Assembly (NCBI GenBank): GCA_963727445.1
Contig: CAVSGI010000004.1
Span: 96,001-160,000 of the forward strand
Direction: 5' to 3'
DNA from: an uncultured delta proteobacterium
Lineage (GTDB): Bacteria > Myxococcota_A > Polyangia > Polyangiales > B10-G4
Length of the DNA: 64,000 nt
Made by a program: the position numbers and the translations under genes. Below are positions 28,176-36,456 of the stretch, piece by piece. Every line of letters starts with the position of its first letter. The stretch's first letter is position 1. Below the pieces are notes generated by a model. That model did not search any database. It saw only the letters and a list, made by a program, of their open reading frames with translations, and was not told the origin of the DNA.

Positions 28176-29105
28176 TCAGACGCAGCCGACGGGCTTGGGG
28201 ACGCCCGCGATCATCGCGCAGGTCTTCCCGGGGGTCGGCGGGAAGAGTCGATACATGGCTTCGGTGCCTACCCCCGACCCGGAGGCGACGCGGCGAACGT
28301 TGGGCGAAGCGCCCGAGCTCGCGTAGTCGTCGCGGACCCACCCGATCACGTGCATGTGCTCGTCGGTCAGGGTGATGCCCAGACCTTCCGCGATCTTCTT
28401 GGCGAGCTCCGGGGACCAGGTGCTGGGATCGATGAGGAAGCCGTTGGGATCGAAGTCGTGGCCTTCCCAGTGAACGATCTGGGGCTCGTCCTCGGTCGCG
28501 GCAGCCGGTGCAGCCGCCGCCTCGGCCTTCGGGGCGGCGGGCGCAGGCGCCGCTTTGGCCGGCGCAGGCTTGGCCGCGGCGGGGGCGCGGGCCGCCATCG
28601 GCTTCGCCAGAGCCGCGCCATCCGTCGCGACGCCTCCCTGCGCGCGTCCGATCGCACGCATCACCTCGAGCATCACGCCGAGTCCGCGCTTGATGTCGTC
28701 GTCCTTCGCGGCCTTGCGCATGGCGCCGAACATCCCGACCGGCTCGACCCCGTCGCCCGAGAGCAGGACGTCCGAGGCCTGGTTGGCGACCGTCAGCACG
28801 CCCGGCTGCGTCAGGTTCCGGACGGTGGCGAGGATCCCGACCACCGCGTCGGCGAGGTACTCCGCGTCCTCCTTCGAGTAGCTCTCGAGGATGCGCAAGA
28901 CTGCCCGGCGGCCGACGCCGAGCATCTCGAAGAGCCCGCGCTCGTCCCACTCGGCGAGATGAGAGGCGGCGCTGTTCATCGCGAGCCTGCCGATCGGCAT
29001 CAGCTCTTCCGCCATCTCCGCGCTGAAGCGCTGGCGCGCTTCGATCGCGTCGAGACGCTGACTGATGGTGTCCAGTCGGGAGAGGATTTCGTCGTTCGTC
29101 GTCAT
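28176..29105 (-). CDS. DUF1641-like helical protein fused to a TusE/DsrC sulfur-relay domain
   Basis: PVGMFGAMRKAAKDDDIKRGLG (DUF1641-like); Ala/Pro/Lys linker; D.NGFL.D..WS.ELA..IA..GI.LT.EH..VI...R, Y.LFP..P..IAGVPKPVGCV. Confidence 0.85.
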   Translation of the reverse strand: MTTNDEILSRLDTISQRLDAIEARQRFSAEMAEELMPIGRLAMNSAASHLAEWDERGLFEMLGVGRRAVLRILESYSKEDAEYLADAVVGILATVRNLTQPGVLTVANQASDVLLSGDGVEPVGMFGAMRKAAKDDDIKRGLGVMLEVMRAIGRAQGGVATDGAALAKPMAARAPAAAKPAPAKAAPAPAAPKAEAAAAPAAATEDEPQIVHWEGHDFDPNGFLIDPSTWSPELAKKIAEGLGITLTDEHMHVIGWVRDDYASSGASPNVRRVASGSGVGTEAMYRLFPPTPGKTCAMIAGVPKPVGCV

Positions 29106-29108
29106 TGC

Positions 29109-30338
29109 TCAGCCCCTCTTTCCGGCCATGAGCATCCGGTGGTCGAGCGGCAGCTCGCCGCCCTTCACCAGCACGTTCCAATAGATCCACTTGAAGGCGA
29201 GCTTGCCCCAGTGGTTGATCTCGCTCTCCTCGAGGAGAGTGAAGGGGCCGATCCCGGGGAGGGGGAAGCGCCCCGGCAGCGGCTCGGTGTCGTAGTTGAA
29301 ATCGATGAGCATCGCCTTGCCGTTGCCGGTCTCGATGAAGCAGTTGGCGTGCCCGTCGAAGTCCGGGAGCAGGGGCTTTTCGTCGATGTAGCGCAGGAGG
29401 TTTTCCACGAGGACATCCCCTTGGAAGTGAGCGACGGCGCCTGCTTTGCTCGCTGGCAGGTCCGTCGCATCGCCGATGACGAAGATGTCGGGGTGGGCTT
29501 TGCTCTGAAGGGTGTGCTTGTCGGTGGGCACGAAGCCCATCTCGTCGCCCATCTCGGAGCGGAGGATCGCGCCCGAGCCGCCGTGCAGCGGGATGGTCAC
29601 CAGGAGGTCGAAGTGCTCTTCCCGTCCGTCGTAGCTCCGGAGCGACCGGCGCTCCTCGTCGACGGCGTTGGCGGCGAAGTTCGGCACGACCGAGATGCCG
29701 CGATCGCCGAGCATCGAGCCGAAGGCAGCGGAAGCCTTCGGCTTGGTGAAGGCGCCGTCGAGGGGCGTGACGTAGACCATCTCGACCTTGTCGCGCATGC
29801 CCCGCTTCCGGAAGTAGTCGTCGGCCAGGCAGGCGAACTCGAGGGGCGCGACCGGACACTTGATCGGCATCTCGACGGTGTCGATCAGCAGGCGCCCTCC
29901 CTCGAATCCGTCGAGGCGCTCGGCGAGCTTCGACGACCCATCGAGGGTGTAGAAGTCGAAGACGTCCTTCTGCCAGAGGCGGCCCGTCATCCCGGGCGTC
30001 TGCTCCGGGTGAATGTGCGAGCCGGTGGCGATGACCAACAGCTCGTAGCTCAGACGTTCGCCGTTCTCGAGCGCGACCACCTTCGCTTCCGGATCGATCC
30101 GGTCGATGGTGCCCATCACGTAGCGCACCGCCGGGTCGAGGAGCGCGCCACGCGGCTTGATGATCTCCTCCTTCCTGTACTGCCCGAAGGGCAGGAAGAG
30201 CAGACCGGGCTGATAGACGTGAACGTCGTCCCGATCCACGACGGTGATCTGCCAATCGCTCGACGGAAGCGATCGCACCATCCGGTTGGCCATCATGGTG
30301 CCGGCCGTCCCAGCACCGAGGATTACGAGATTGTTCAT
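29109..30338 (-). CDS. sqr: Sulfide:quinone oxidoreductase (type III-like)
   Basis: GAGTAG, YQPGLLFLPFG, IATG, KCPVAPLE, GDAT..P.SKAG, FDGHANCFIE, NHWGKLAFKWIYW. Confidence 0.88.
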   Translation of the reverse strand: MNNLVILGAGTAGTMMANRMVRSLPSSDWQITVVDRDDVHVYQPGLLFLPFGQYRKEEIIKPRGALLDPAVRYVMGTIDRIDPEAKVVALENGERLSYELLVIATGSHIHPEQTPGMTGRLWQKDVFDFYTLDGSSKLAERLDGFEGGRLLIDTVEMPIKCPVAPLEFACLADDYFRKRGMRDKVEMVYVTPLDGAFTKPKASAAFGSMLGDRGISVVPNFAANAVDEERRSLRSYDGREEHFDLLVTIPLHGGSGAILRSEMGDEMGFVPTDKHTLQSKAHPDIFVIGDATDLPASKAGAVAHFQGDVLVENLLRYIDEKPLLPDFDGHANCFIETGNGKAMLIDFNYDTEPLPGRFPLPGIGPFTLLEESEINHWGKLAFKWIYWNVLVKGGELPLDHRMLMAGKRG

Positions 30339-30421
30339 AGGCGCACACCCTACCTAGTCCCCGACGCCAGTTCTGCATCCCGGTTTCGGGGCATTCGTGC
30401 GCTTTTTGCGCTTGGGGATTC

Positions 30422-32746
30422 TCAGGCCGCCGCGGCGGCAAAACGCTTGGCCTCTTCGGCGCGTCCGAGCGCGAGAAAGCAGAGGCTCAAGGTCTTGAGA
30501 CTCGCGAGCTCTCCGCTGCGCGTCTCGGCCGCTCGCGCGAGGCGGAGGGCCTTGAGCGCAGCCCGCACGGCCAGTACCGGGCTCCGTGCGCCCAAGAGGA
30601 TGATCGCCCGCGCGAGCTCGTTGCGGGCCCGGGCAGCGTCGTCGGCGGGCAGGGCGTCTCGCGACTTGTGAAGCGCGAAGAGCGCGGCCTCCAGCTCGCC
30701 CCGACCGAGCTCGGTCAGGGCGCGGAGGCGTTCGGCTGCGGCGCGGTCGTGCCCTTCGGCGATGGCGATGTCGAGGAGCCGCTCCACCGAGTCGAAGTCG
30801 CGGTCCTTGAGCGCGGCCACCGCGCTCGCGCCCACGCCCTCCGAGTCTTCCCCGGCCCGCTGCTCGATCTCTTCGGCGATGGCGATGACGGTCTGCGGCG
30901 GTGGCGGGGCGCTGGTCCGCCCCTGGGTGCTGACGCTCCGGCTCAGGGTCGTCGCGGCGTTTCGGATCTTGGCGGAGGGGTCGTACTGCACCGCGGCCGC
31001 TGCGAGGCGCACCGCGGCGCGCGGAAAGCCCGCGAGCGCGGCGGCGCGTCCGGCCTCGATCAGCGCCCTTGCACCCTCTTGCTCCTGACCGCCCTCGGCC
31101 AGGTAGTACCCGATCGTCGCCTTCTCGAACTCCGCGTCTTTGGACGCGGCTGTCTCCATCGCGCCCGCGATGAAGCGATACATCTCGCTGGTGCGCGGGG
31201 CCGGCATGGCCTGCACCACCACCGCCCGCAGCATGGTGCTCGTCGCGTAGAGGGGCTCTTCCGGCGCGAGGAACGCCTCGGCGCAGAGTCGCTCGATCCC
31301 GCCGGCGAGGTGGTCGATGCCGATCCCGTCGGCCATCGCCACCGTGCGCGCCAGCTCGCCGGGGGATCCACTGGGCACGGCGCACACCGCTTCGAGAATG
31401 CGGCGCGAGGTGGGATCGAGGCTGACCACCCGCTCCTCGATATGACCTTCCACCGGGATGCTTCGAACACCCGCGCGCGGGCGGGTCCGCCACCGGAAGG
31501 CTTCGCCGTCGTGCACCAGGTCGCCGCCGGCAATCAGCGCTCGTGCCGCCTCGAGGACACCGAGGGGCGACTCGCCGCCCAGCACCGCCACCCGCCGCGA
31601 GACGTCGTCCGGGGTGTTCGCGCCCAGGATCGCCTCTGCGATTTCGCGGGCGCCATCCATCCGCACCATGGGCAGCGGGACCTCCTCGAGCTCGCCGCGC
31701 TGCGTGAGCTGCTTCGGTGGGCGCGCGTCGTGCGGCACGCGGGCGAGCAGGAGCGCCTCGGTCCCCGTCGCGAGGGCGTCGGCGATGACGCCGATGGTCG
31801 CCGAGTCGACCGCCGACAGTGGATCGGCGATGACCCACGGCCGCCGCTCCGCTTCGACGTGCGCGTCCAGCAGCTCCGACACCGCGAGGATGGCGTCGCC
31901 GCGGTCGACCGCGACACCACGCGCGATCGCTGCCAGGGTGCGAGCGGCTTCTTTCGGAAGGTTCGTCACCGCGGCCTCGACGCCTTCACGCGTCTTCCAG
32001 CGCCGCGTCAGTGCGTAGCGCAGGCTGCCGAGCGGCTCGAGCGCTCCGGGAACGGCCTCCAGACGGAGCACCAGGGGAGGGCGATGCGTTTCGGCGAGCG
32101 CATCGACGAACTCCTTGAGCCCAGCGCCGATCGGTCCGCGGAGGATGAGCCTGTGAGAGCCACCCTGCGCGGCCAGCTCGGTCACCCGCGACAGGCCCGG
32201 AGCGACCGTGGTGGGGATGGGCGGCGAGCCCAGGAGCTCGATGGCCGCGCCGCAGTCGTCGCGCCGCGGGAACTCGCGATCGAGGCTCTGACCCTTGAGC
32301 CCTCCGACGCCGGTGCCCACGCTCCGCGCGAAGAGGTAACGGTTTGCGGCGAGCTCGTGGGCGGCGGAGTCGAAGACCAGCTCGCCCGCTCGCGCCCGGT
32401 TCGCGAGGAGCTGCGCTCGGTCCAGCGCCGGCCCGTTCTCGACCGCGCCGTCGAGCGTCTCGGTCTGGACGATCTCACCGAGGGCGACGCCGAAGGAGAT
32501 CTTCAGCGGCGGTTCGAGCTCTTCCGCTTCACCGACCAGGCCCAGCGCAGCGTCGATGGACTCCGCGAAGTCCAGGGGGTCCACGACGACCACCACCGTG
32601 GAGCCCAGCAGGGTGACCACATGACCGTGAGCCGCCTCGAGCTCACCTGCCACGCGTTGCCCCCAGGAGGCGTGGAGCTCCACGTCCTCGAGGTCGTCGC
32701 GCGGCGCCGGGACCCGGCGATGCCACAAGACGAGGCGTTCGGACAT
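30422..32746 (-). CDS. Degenerate class III cyclase-like + STAND-like + TPR protein
   Basis: ISFGVALGEIV..GPALDRAQLLANRARAGELVFD (cyclase fold); LILRGPIGAGLKE and WVIADPLSAVD (degenerate Walker A/B); GESPLGVLE; TPR-like C-terminus. Confidence 0.6.
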   Translation of the reverse strand: MSERLVLWHRRVPAPRDDLEDVELHASWGQRVAGELEAAHGHVVTLLGSTVVVVVDPLDFAESIDAALGLVGEAEELEPPLKISFGVALGEIVQTETLDGAVENGPALDRAQLLANRARAGELVFDSAAHELAANRYLFARSVGTGVGGLKGQSLDREFPRRDDCGAAIELLGSPPIPTTVAPGLSRVTELAAQGGSHRLILRGPIGAGLKEFVDALAETHRPPLVLRLEAVPGALEPLGSLRYALTRRWKTREGVEAAVTNLPKEAARTLAAIARGVAVDRGDAILAVSELLDAHVEAERRPWVIADPLSAVDSATIGVIADALATGTEALLLARVPHDARPPKQLTQRGELEEVPLPMVRMDGAREIAEAILGANTPDDVSRRVAVLGGESPLGVLEAARALIAGGDLVHDGEAFRWRTRPRAGVRSIPVEGHIEERVVSLDPTSRRILEAVCAVPSGSPGELARTVAMADGIGIDHLAGGIERLCAEAFLAPEEPLYATSTMLRAVVVQAMPAPRTSEMYRFIAGAMETAASKDAEFEKATIGYYLAEGGQEQEGARALIEAGRAAALAGFPRAAVRLAAAAVQYDPSAKIRNAATTLSRSVSTQGRTSAPPPPQTVIAIAEEIEQRAGEDSEGVGASAVAALKDRDFDSVERLLDIAIAEGHDRAAAERLRALTELGRGELEAALFALHKSRDALPADDAARARNELARAIILLGARSPVLAVRAALKALRLARAAETRSGELASLKTLSLCFLALGRAEEAKRFAAAAA

Positions 32747-32767
32747 GCGCGCTAGTGCCTCACTCGG

Positions 32768-33449
32768 CTATCCGTCGAGCTTGGCTTTGAGCGCGGCGAG
32801 CTCGTCTTCGACGGCTCCGCCCGTCGACGATTTCTCGAGCGCCCGGAACTTGGCGTCGACCTCGGCGCGCTTGGGATCGTCGAGCACGTTCGAGACCTCG
32901 ACCTCGGCCTCGAGCTGATCGATGCGCCCGGTCATGCGGTCGAGCTCGTCGAGCGCCTCGCTCTGGAAGCGCCCACCGCCGCCGCCGGCCTCGGTGCTCG
33001 GCGCCTCGCGCGCCCGCTTCACCTGCGCGGCGAGGGTGCCCTTCTTGTTCTTGAGCTCCTCGATCTTCCGCTCGATGCGGTCGAGCGTGGACTTCATCTC
33101 GTCCGCGGCGTTCTCGGCGGAGATGGCCTGGTCCTTTGCGTCGTCCGCCTGCTGCCGCGCGCGGGCCTTGCGCCTCAGCGCCTCGCGGGCGAGCTCGTCG
33201 TCACCGGCGCGCACCGCGAGGGTCGCCTTGCGCTCCCACTCGGAGGCTTCCTCCTCGTGCTCCTTGGCCTTCTTGACCAGTCGCTTGGCGGTCCCGAGGG
33301 TGCCGACCAGAATCCTTCTTGGCCCGCTTCACCTCGGACTCCATGTCCATGATGGTCTGCCCGATGAGCTTCTCCGGGTCCTCGGCCTTGTCGACCAACG
33401 AATTGAGGTTGGACTTGATGACCCGGTTCATGCGGCTGAAGATGCCCAT
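32768..33449 (-). CDS. pspA: PspA/IM30 family protein (1-nt insertion at 33311-33312)
   Basis: MGIFSRMNRVIKSNLNSLVDKAEDPEKLI.Q.I.DME...; continues A..A..G.DELAREAL.RK..VEDELAALKAKL. Removing one base joins both ORFs (KKDLVGT), giving 226 aa. Confidence 0.92.
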
Positions 33450-33520
33450 CGCTCACCCTTTCGCGGAGCCGAAATGCTTTCACGTGCTCTGTCGCTTTGT
33501 AAAGGCCGCCCCCGCGGCGC

Positions 33521-34267
33521 TCATTCCACGAAAGTCACCCGGCCGAAGCGATCGGGGACGTGGAAATCGCCGACGAGGGGCGCCGACCATCCCACGCCGC
33601 GCTGACCTTCGGGTCGCGCGTCGAGGACGTAGAGGGCGATCCGCCAGGTGTCGCCCGGGGCGGGGGGCGGGGCCGGATCGCTGCCGGCGGCGAAGGACGA
33701 AAAGGGGATGCGCATCTCCACGGTGTAGCCCTCGTCCGGCGTCTCGTCGTTGACCGTCCCCCGCAGGTCTATGGCCGCTTCCAGATCGCTCTCCCAGCTC
33801 GGATAGCCGAAGGGCGCCGGCTGGCGGACGGTGTCGAAGCGAGTGTCGAAGTCGAGACCGGTCGGGCTGACCTGAAGCTCGAAGTAGCCCTGCCCATCGC
33901 CGTCCGGGTCCACCATGAGCTCCACCGCGTCCTGCTCCCACAGGTGTGGGTCTCGGGTCTGGGGGTCGAACGTGGACTTCAGATAGTCGTCCTCCACTTC
34001 GAAGGCGACCCACAGCGCTTCGTCGTCCCAGAGCATCCGGGCGGAGACCCTCGGCTCGCCGGGCATCCCGTCCATCGTCCGGACGAAGCGCACGGTGGAT
34101 TGGGCGTGCGTCCAATCGGCCTCGTCGAGGCGTCCATCGAGGACGATGTCGCCGGTCCGGCGCTTCGCATCGAGGTCGGGGAGGGTGGTCCGGGGCGGGG
34201 GCCCGCAGCTGTCGCACCCGAGGAGCGGGACGAGGAGCAGGGCGAGGAAGGCTCGGCGGTCGAGCAT
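33521..34267 (-). CDS. CBM9-like sugar-binding lipoprotein with Tat-like signal
   Basis: MLDRRAFL..LLGC; IVLDGRLDEADW, WDDEALWVAF, DAVELMVDP, YFELQVSP, YTVEMRIPF, FHVPDRFG. Confidence 0.8.
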   Translation of the reverse strand: MLDRRAFLALLLVPLLGCDSCGPPPRTTLPDLDAKRRTGDIVLDGRLDEADWTHAQSTVRFVRTMDGMPGEPRVSARMLWDDEALWVAFEVEDDYLKSTFDPQTRDPHLWEQDAVELMVDPDGDGQGYFELQVSPTGLDFDTRFDTVRQPAPFGYPSWESDLEAAIDLRGTVNDETPDEGYTVEMRIPFSSFAAGSDPAPPPAPGDTWRIALYVLDARPEGQRGVGWSAPLVGDFHVPDRFGRVTFVE

Positions 34268-34320
34268 GGGAGCGGAGCATACGCCCATTCGGGGGGACGC
34301 CGGTGTATGGTCCGTGCCCC

Positions 34321-35271
34321 ATGCTGAAGGACGCGACCCTCCTCATCACCGGCGGGGCCGGATTCATCGGGACCGCCCTCACGCGCCGCCTCGCGGATCA
34401 CAACCGCATTCGCATCTTCGACAACCTGCGCCGCAACGCCCTGTCGAAGGCCGGGCTCGACGCGCACCCGAACGTCGAGGTGACGGTGGGCGACGTCCGC
34501 GACGCGGCGGCGGTGGAGAAGGCCTGTCAGGGAGCCGACTACGTCGTGCACATGGCGTCCATCGCGGGCGTGGACACGGTGCTGAAGAACCCGGTGCTCA
34601 CGATGGAGGTCTCCATCGAGGGGACCATGAACGTGCTCCGTTCCTCCCTCGCCGCGGGCGGGGTGAAGCGGCTCATCGACTTTTCGACAAGCGAGGTCTT
34701 CGGGAGCTACGCCTTCCGCGTGCGCGAGGCGGACGTCACCAGCCTGGGTGCCGTCGGCGAGGCGCGCTGGACCTACGCCGTTTCGAAGCTCGCCACCGAG
34801 CATCTCGCCCACAACTACTTCAAGCAGCACGGGCTTCCGACCTGCTCGATCCGGCCGTTCAACATCTACGGGCCGGGTCAGGTGGGCGAGGGCGCCATCC
34901 ACGCTTTCGTCACCCGCTGCCTCGCCAACGAGCCGGTCCGCATCCACAACGAGGGCGATCAGATCCGGTCGTGGTGCTACATCGACGACATCGTCGATGG
35001 GGTGCTCCTCTGCCTGACCCGAGACGAGGCGGTCGGCCACGCCTTCAACATCGGCAACCCGCGCAGCACCGTCACCATCTACCAGCTGGCGCGCCTGGTG
35101 AAGCGCATCTCGGGCTCCGCGTCCGAAATCGAGTTCGTCGATTGGGACTTTCCGGACGTCGAGCTTCGCATCCCGGACGTCAAGAAGGCCGAACGCCTCC
35201 TCGGCTTTCGGGCGCAGGTCGACCTGGAGGACGGAATCGCCCGTACTCTGGACTGGTATCGCGACGCTTGA
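34321..35271 (+). CDS. NAD-dependent nucleotide-sugar epimerase/dehydratase
   Basis: TGGAGFIG, STSEVFG, YAVSK, RPFNIYGPGQ, FNIGNP. Confidence 0.92.
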   Translation: MLKDATLLITGGAGFIGTALTRRLADHNRIRIFDNLRRNALSKAGLDAHPNVEVTVGDVRDAAAVEKACQGADYVVHMASIAGVDTVLKNPVLTMEVSIEGTMNVLRSSLAAGGVKRLIDFSTSEVFGSYAFRVREADVTSLGAVGEARWTYAVSKLATEHLAHNYFKQHGLPTCSIRPFNIYGPGQVGEGAIHAFVTRCLANEPVRIHNEGDQIRSWCYIDDIVDGVLLCLTRDEAVGHAFNIGNPRSTVTIYQLARLVKRISGSASEIEFVDWDFPDVELRIPDVKKAERLLGFRAQVDLEDGIARTLDWYRDA

Positions 35272-35283
35272 CCTTCTCGTCAC

Positions 35284-36456
35284 GTGCCTGAAACCCTTCT
35301 GCAAGTGGGCGACGAGACTCGGATCTTCGATCTGGCCGAGGTACGGGCGGACGGTTGGTTCGAACGCCTCTCGTCCCAGAACGAGGCCTTCGAGCAGCTC
35401 TGCGAGATCGTAGGCGACCGCTTCGTCGCCTTCTCCATCATCGCGGGCGTGCGCATCACCGCGCTCTCGGTCGATCAACGGGTGCCGGATGCCTCCCTGG
35501 TGGACTTCGTCCTCGGCGAGTCCGGGCAGGAGCAGCGCCTGAGCCTCGGCGAGTTCCGGCGGCGGTTGGTCGCCGCCATCCTCTCCCAGGATCCGCCGCC
35601 GGCCGAGGAGCTGCCGGAGGAGCTCGACGCCGACGGGCTCCAGGAGCTGATCGGATTCCGGTACGTGCTGTTGGCGCCGCTCTTCGGTGTGGAGCTGATG
35701 GAGCTTCATCTCGAGGCGGGGGGCACGGCGAAGGTGCTCTGCAAGGTCGGCGATGACGATGAGCTGGTCGCGCTTCCGACCCTGCGACAAGCGCTGCGCG
35801 AGCGCGTCCGCGCGGAGGTCGACCGCTCGTCGACGGGCTCGCCCTTCTCGATCGATCTCGCGGTGATCCCCGAGGTGGAAGACGCGGCGGCGCGCGGTGA
35901 TCACGAACGGGTGGTCGAGCTCCTGGGCGCCTGGCCTGGCCCCTTGTCGCTCCTGCTCCGCACCGCGGAAGGCCAGCGCCTCACGATGGAGGTACGCGGC
36001 ACGCTCGCCCGAAGCCTGGGCCTGCTCGGGACCGCGTACTCGGAAACGGGACGCAGCGAGTGGGCGGGCGAGGTGCTGCGCCTCGGCATCCAGTGGGCGC
36101 AGGACGGGCCGGTGGCCGGTGACCTCTTCGCGCGCATGGGGCGCGCGGCGGTCGTCGGTGGCCGACATGGTCAGGCGATCGGTCTGTTGCGTCGCGCGCT
36201 CAGCCTCGGGGTCGACCCGCGCATGGTCGTTCCCTATCTCGCCCAGAGCTACGCGGCCCGCGACAAGTACGTCGCGGCCATGATCTGCGCCGAGGAGTCG
36301 GTGGCCCTCGGTGCGGCGGACGCCAAGACCGAGGCCATCATGGAGGCGGCGACGAAGCGTCTCGGCGAGGCCTGGGCTCGATTCCGCGAGCGCGTGCCGG
36401 CGCCCACCAAGGACTCGGAGACCATCCCGGCGCCGCCGCCCACGGAGGACGTTTGA
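35284..36456 (+). CDS. Hypothetical protein with C-terminal TPR-like helices
   Basis: 390-aa ORF with coding-like codon use, 12 bp after the epimerase. Confidence 0.7.
   Translation: MPETLLQVGDETRIFDLAEVRADGWFERLSSQNEAFEQLCEIVGDRFVAFSIIAGVRITALSVDQRVPDASLVDFVLGESGQEQRLSLGEFRRRLVAAILSQDPPPAEELPEELDADGLQELIGFRYVLLAPLFGVELMELHLEAGGTAKVLCKVGDDDELVALPTLRQALRERVRAEVDRSSTGSPFSIDLAVIPEVEDAAARGDHERVVELLGAWPGPLSLLLRTAEGQRLTMEVRGTLARSLGLLGTAYSETGRSEWAGEVLRLGIQWAQDGPVAGDLFARMGRAAVVGGRHGQAIGLLRRALSLGVDPRMVVPYLAQSYAARDKYVAAMICAEESVALGAADAKTEAIMEAATKRLGEAWARFRERVPAPTKDSETIPAPPPTEDV

Noticed and set aside
28176..28480. DsrC as evidence of dissimilatory sulfate reduction or reverse Dsr
   Set aside because: No dsrAB or dsrMK in the window, the canonical Cx10C is absent, and the context is sqr/dsrE2.
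32768..33449. pspA, dsrE and the giant TPR gene as split genes or pseudogenes
   Set aside because: Each is repaired by deleting one base in the same sequence context and shows no other decay.
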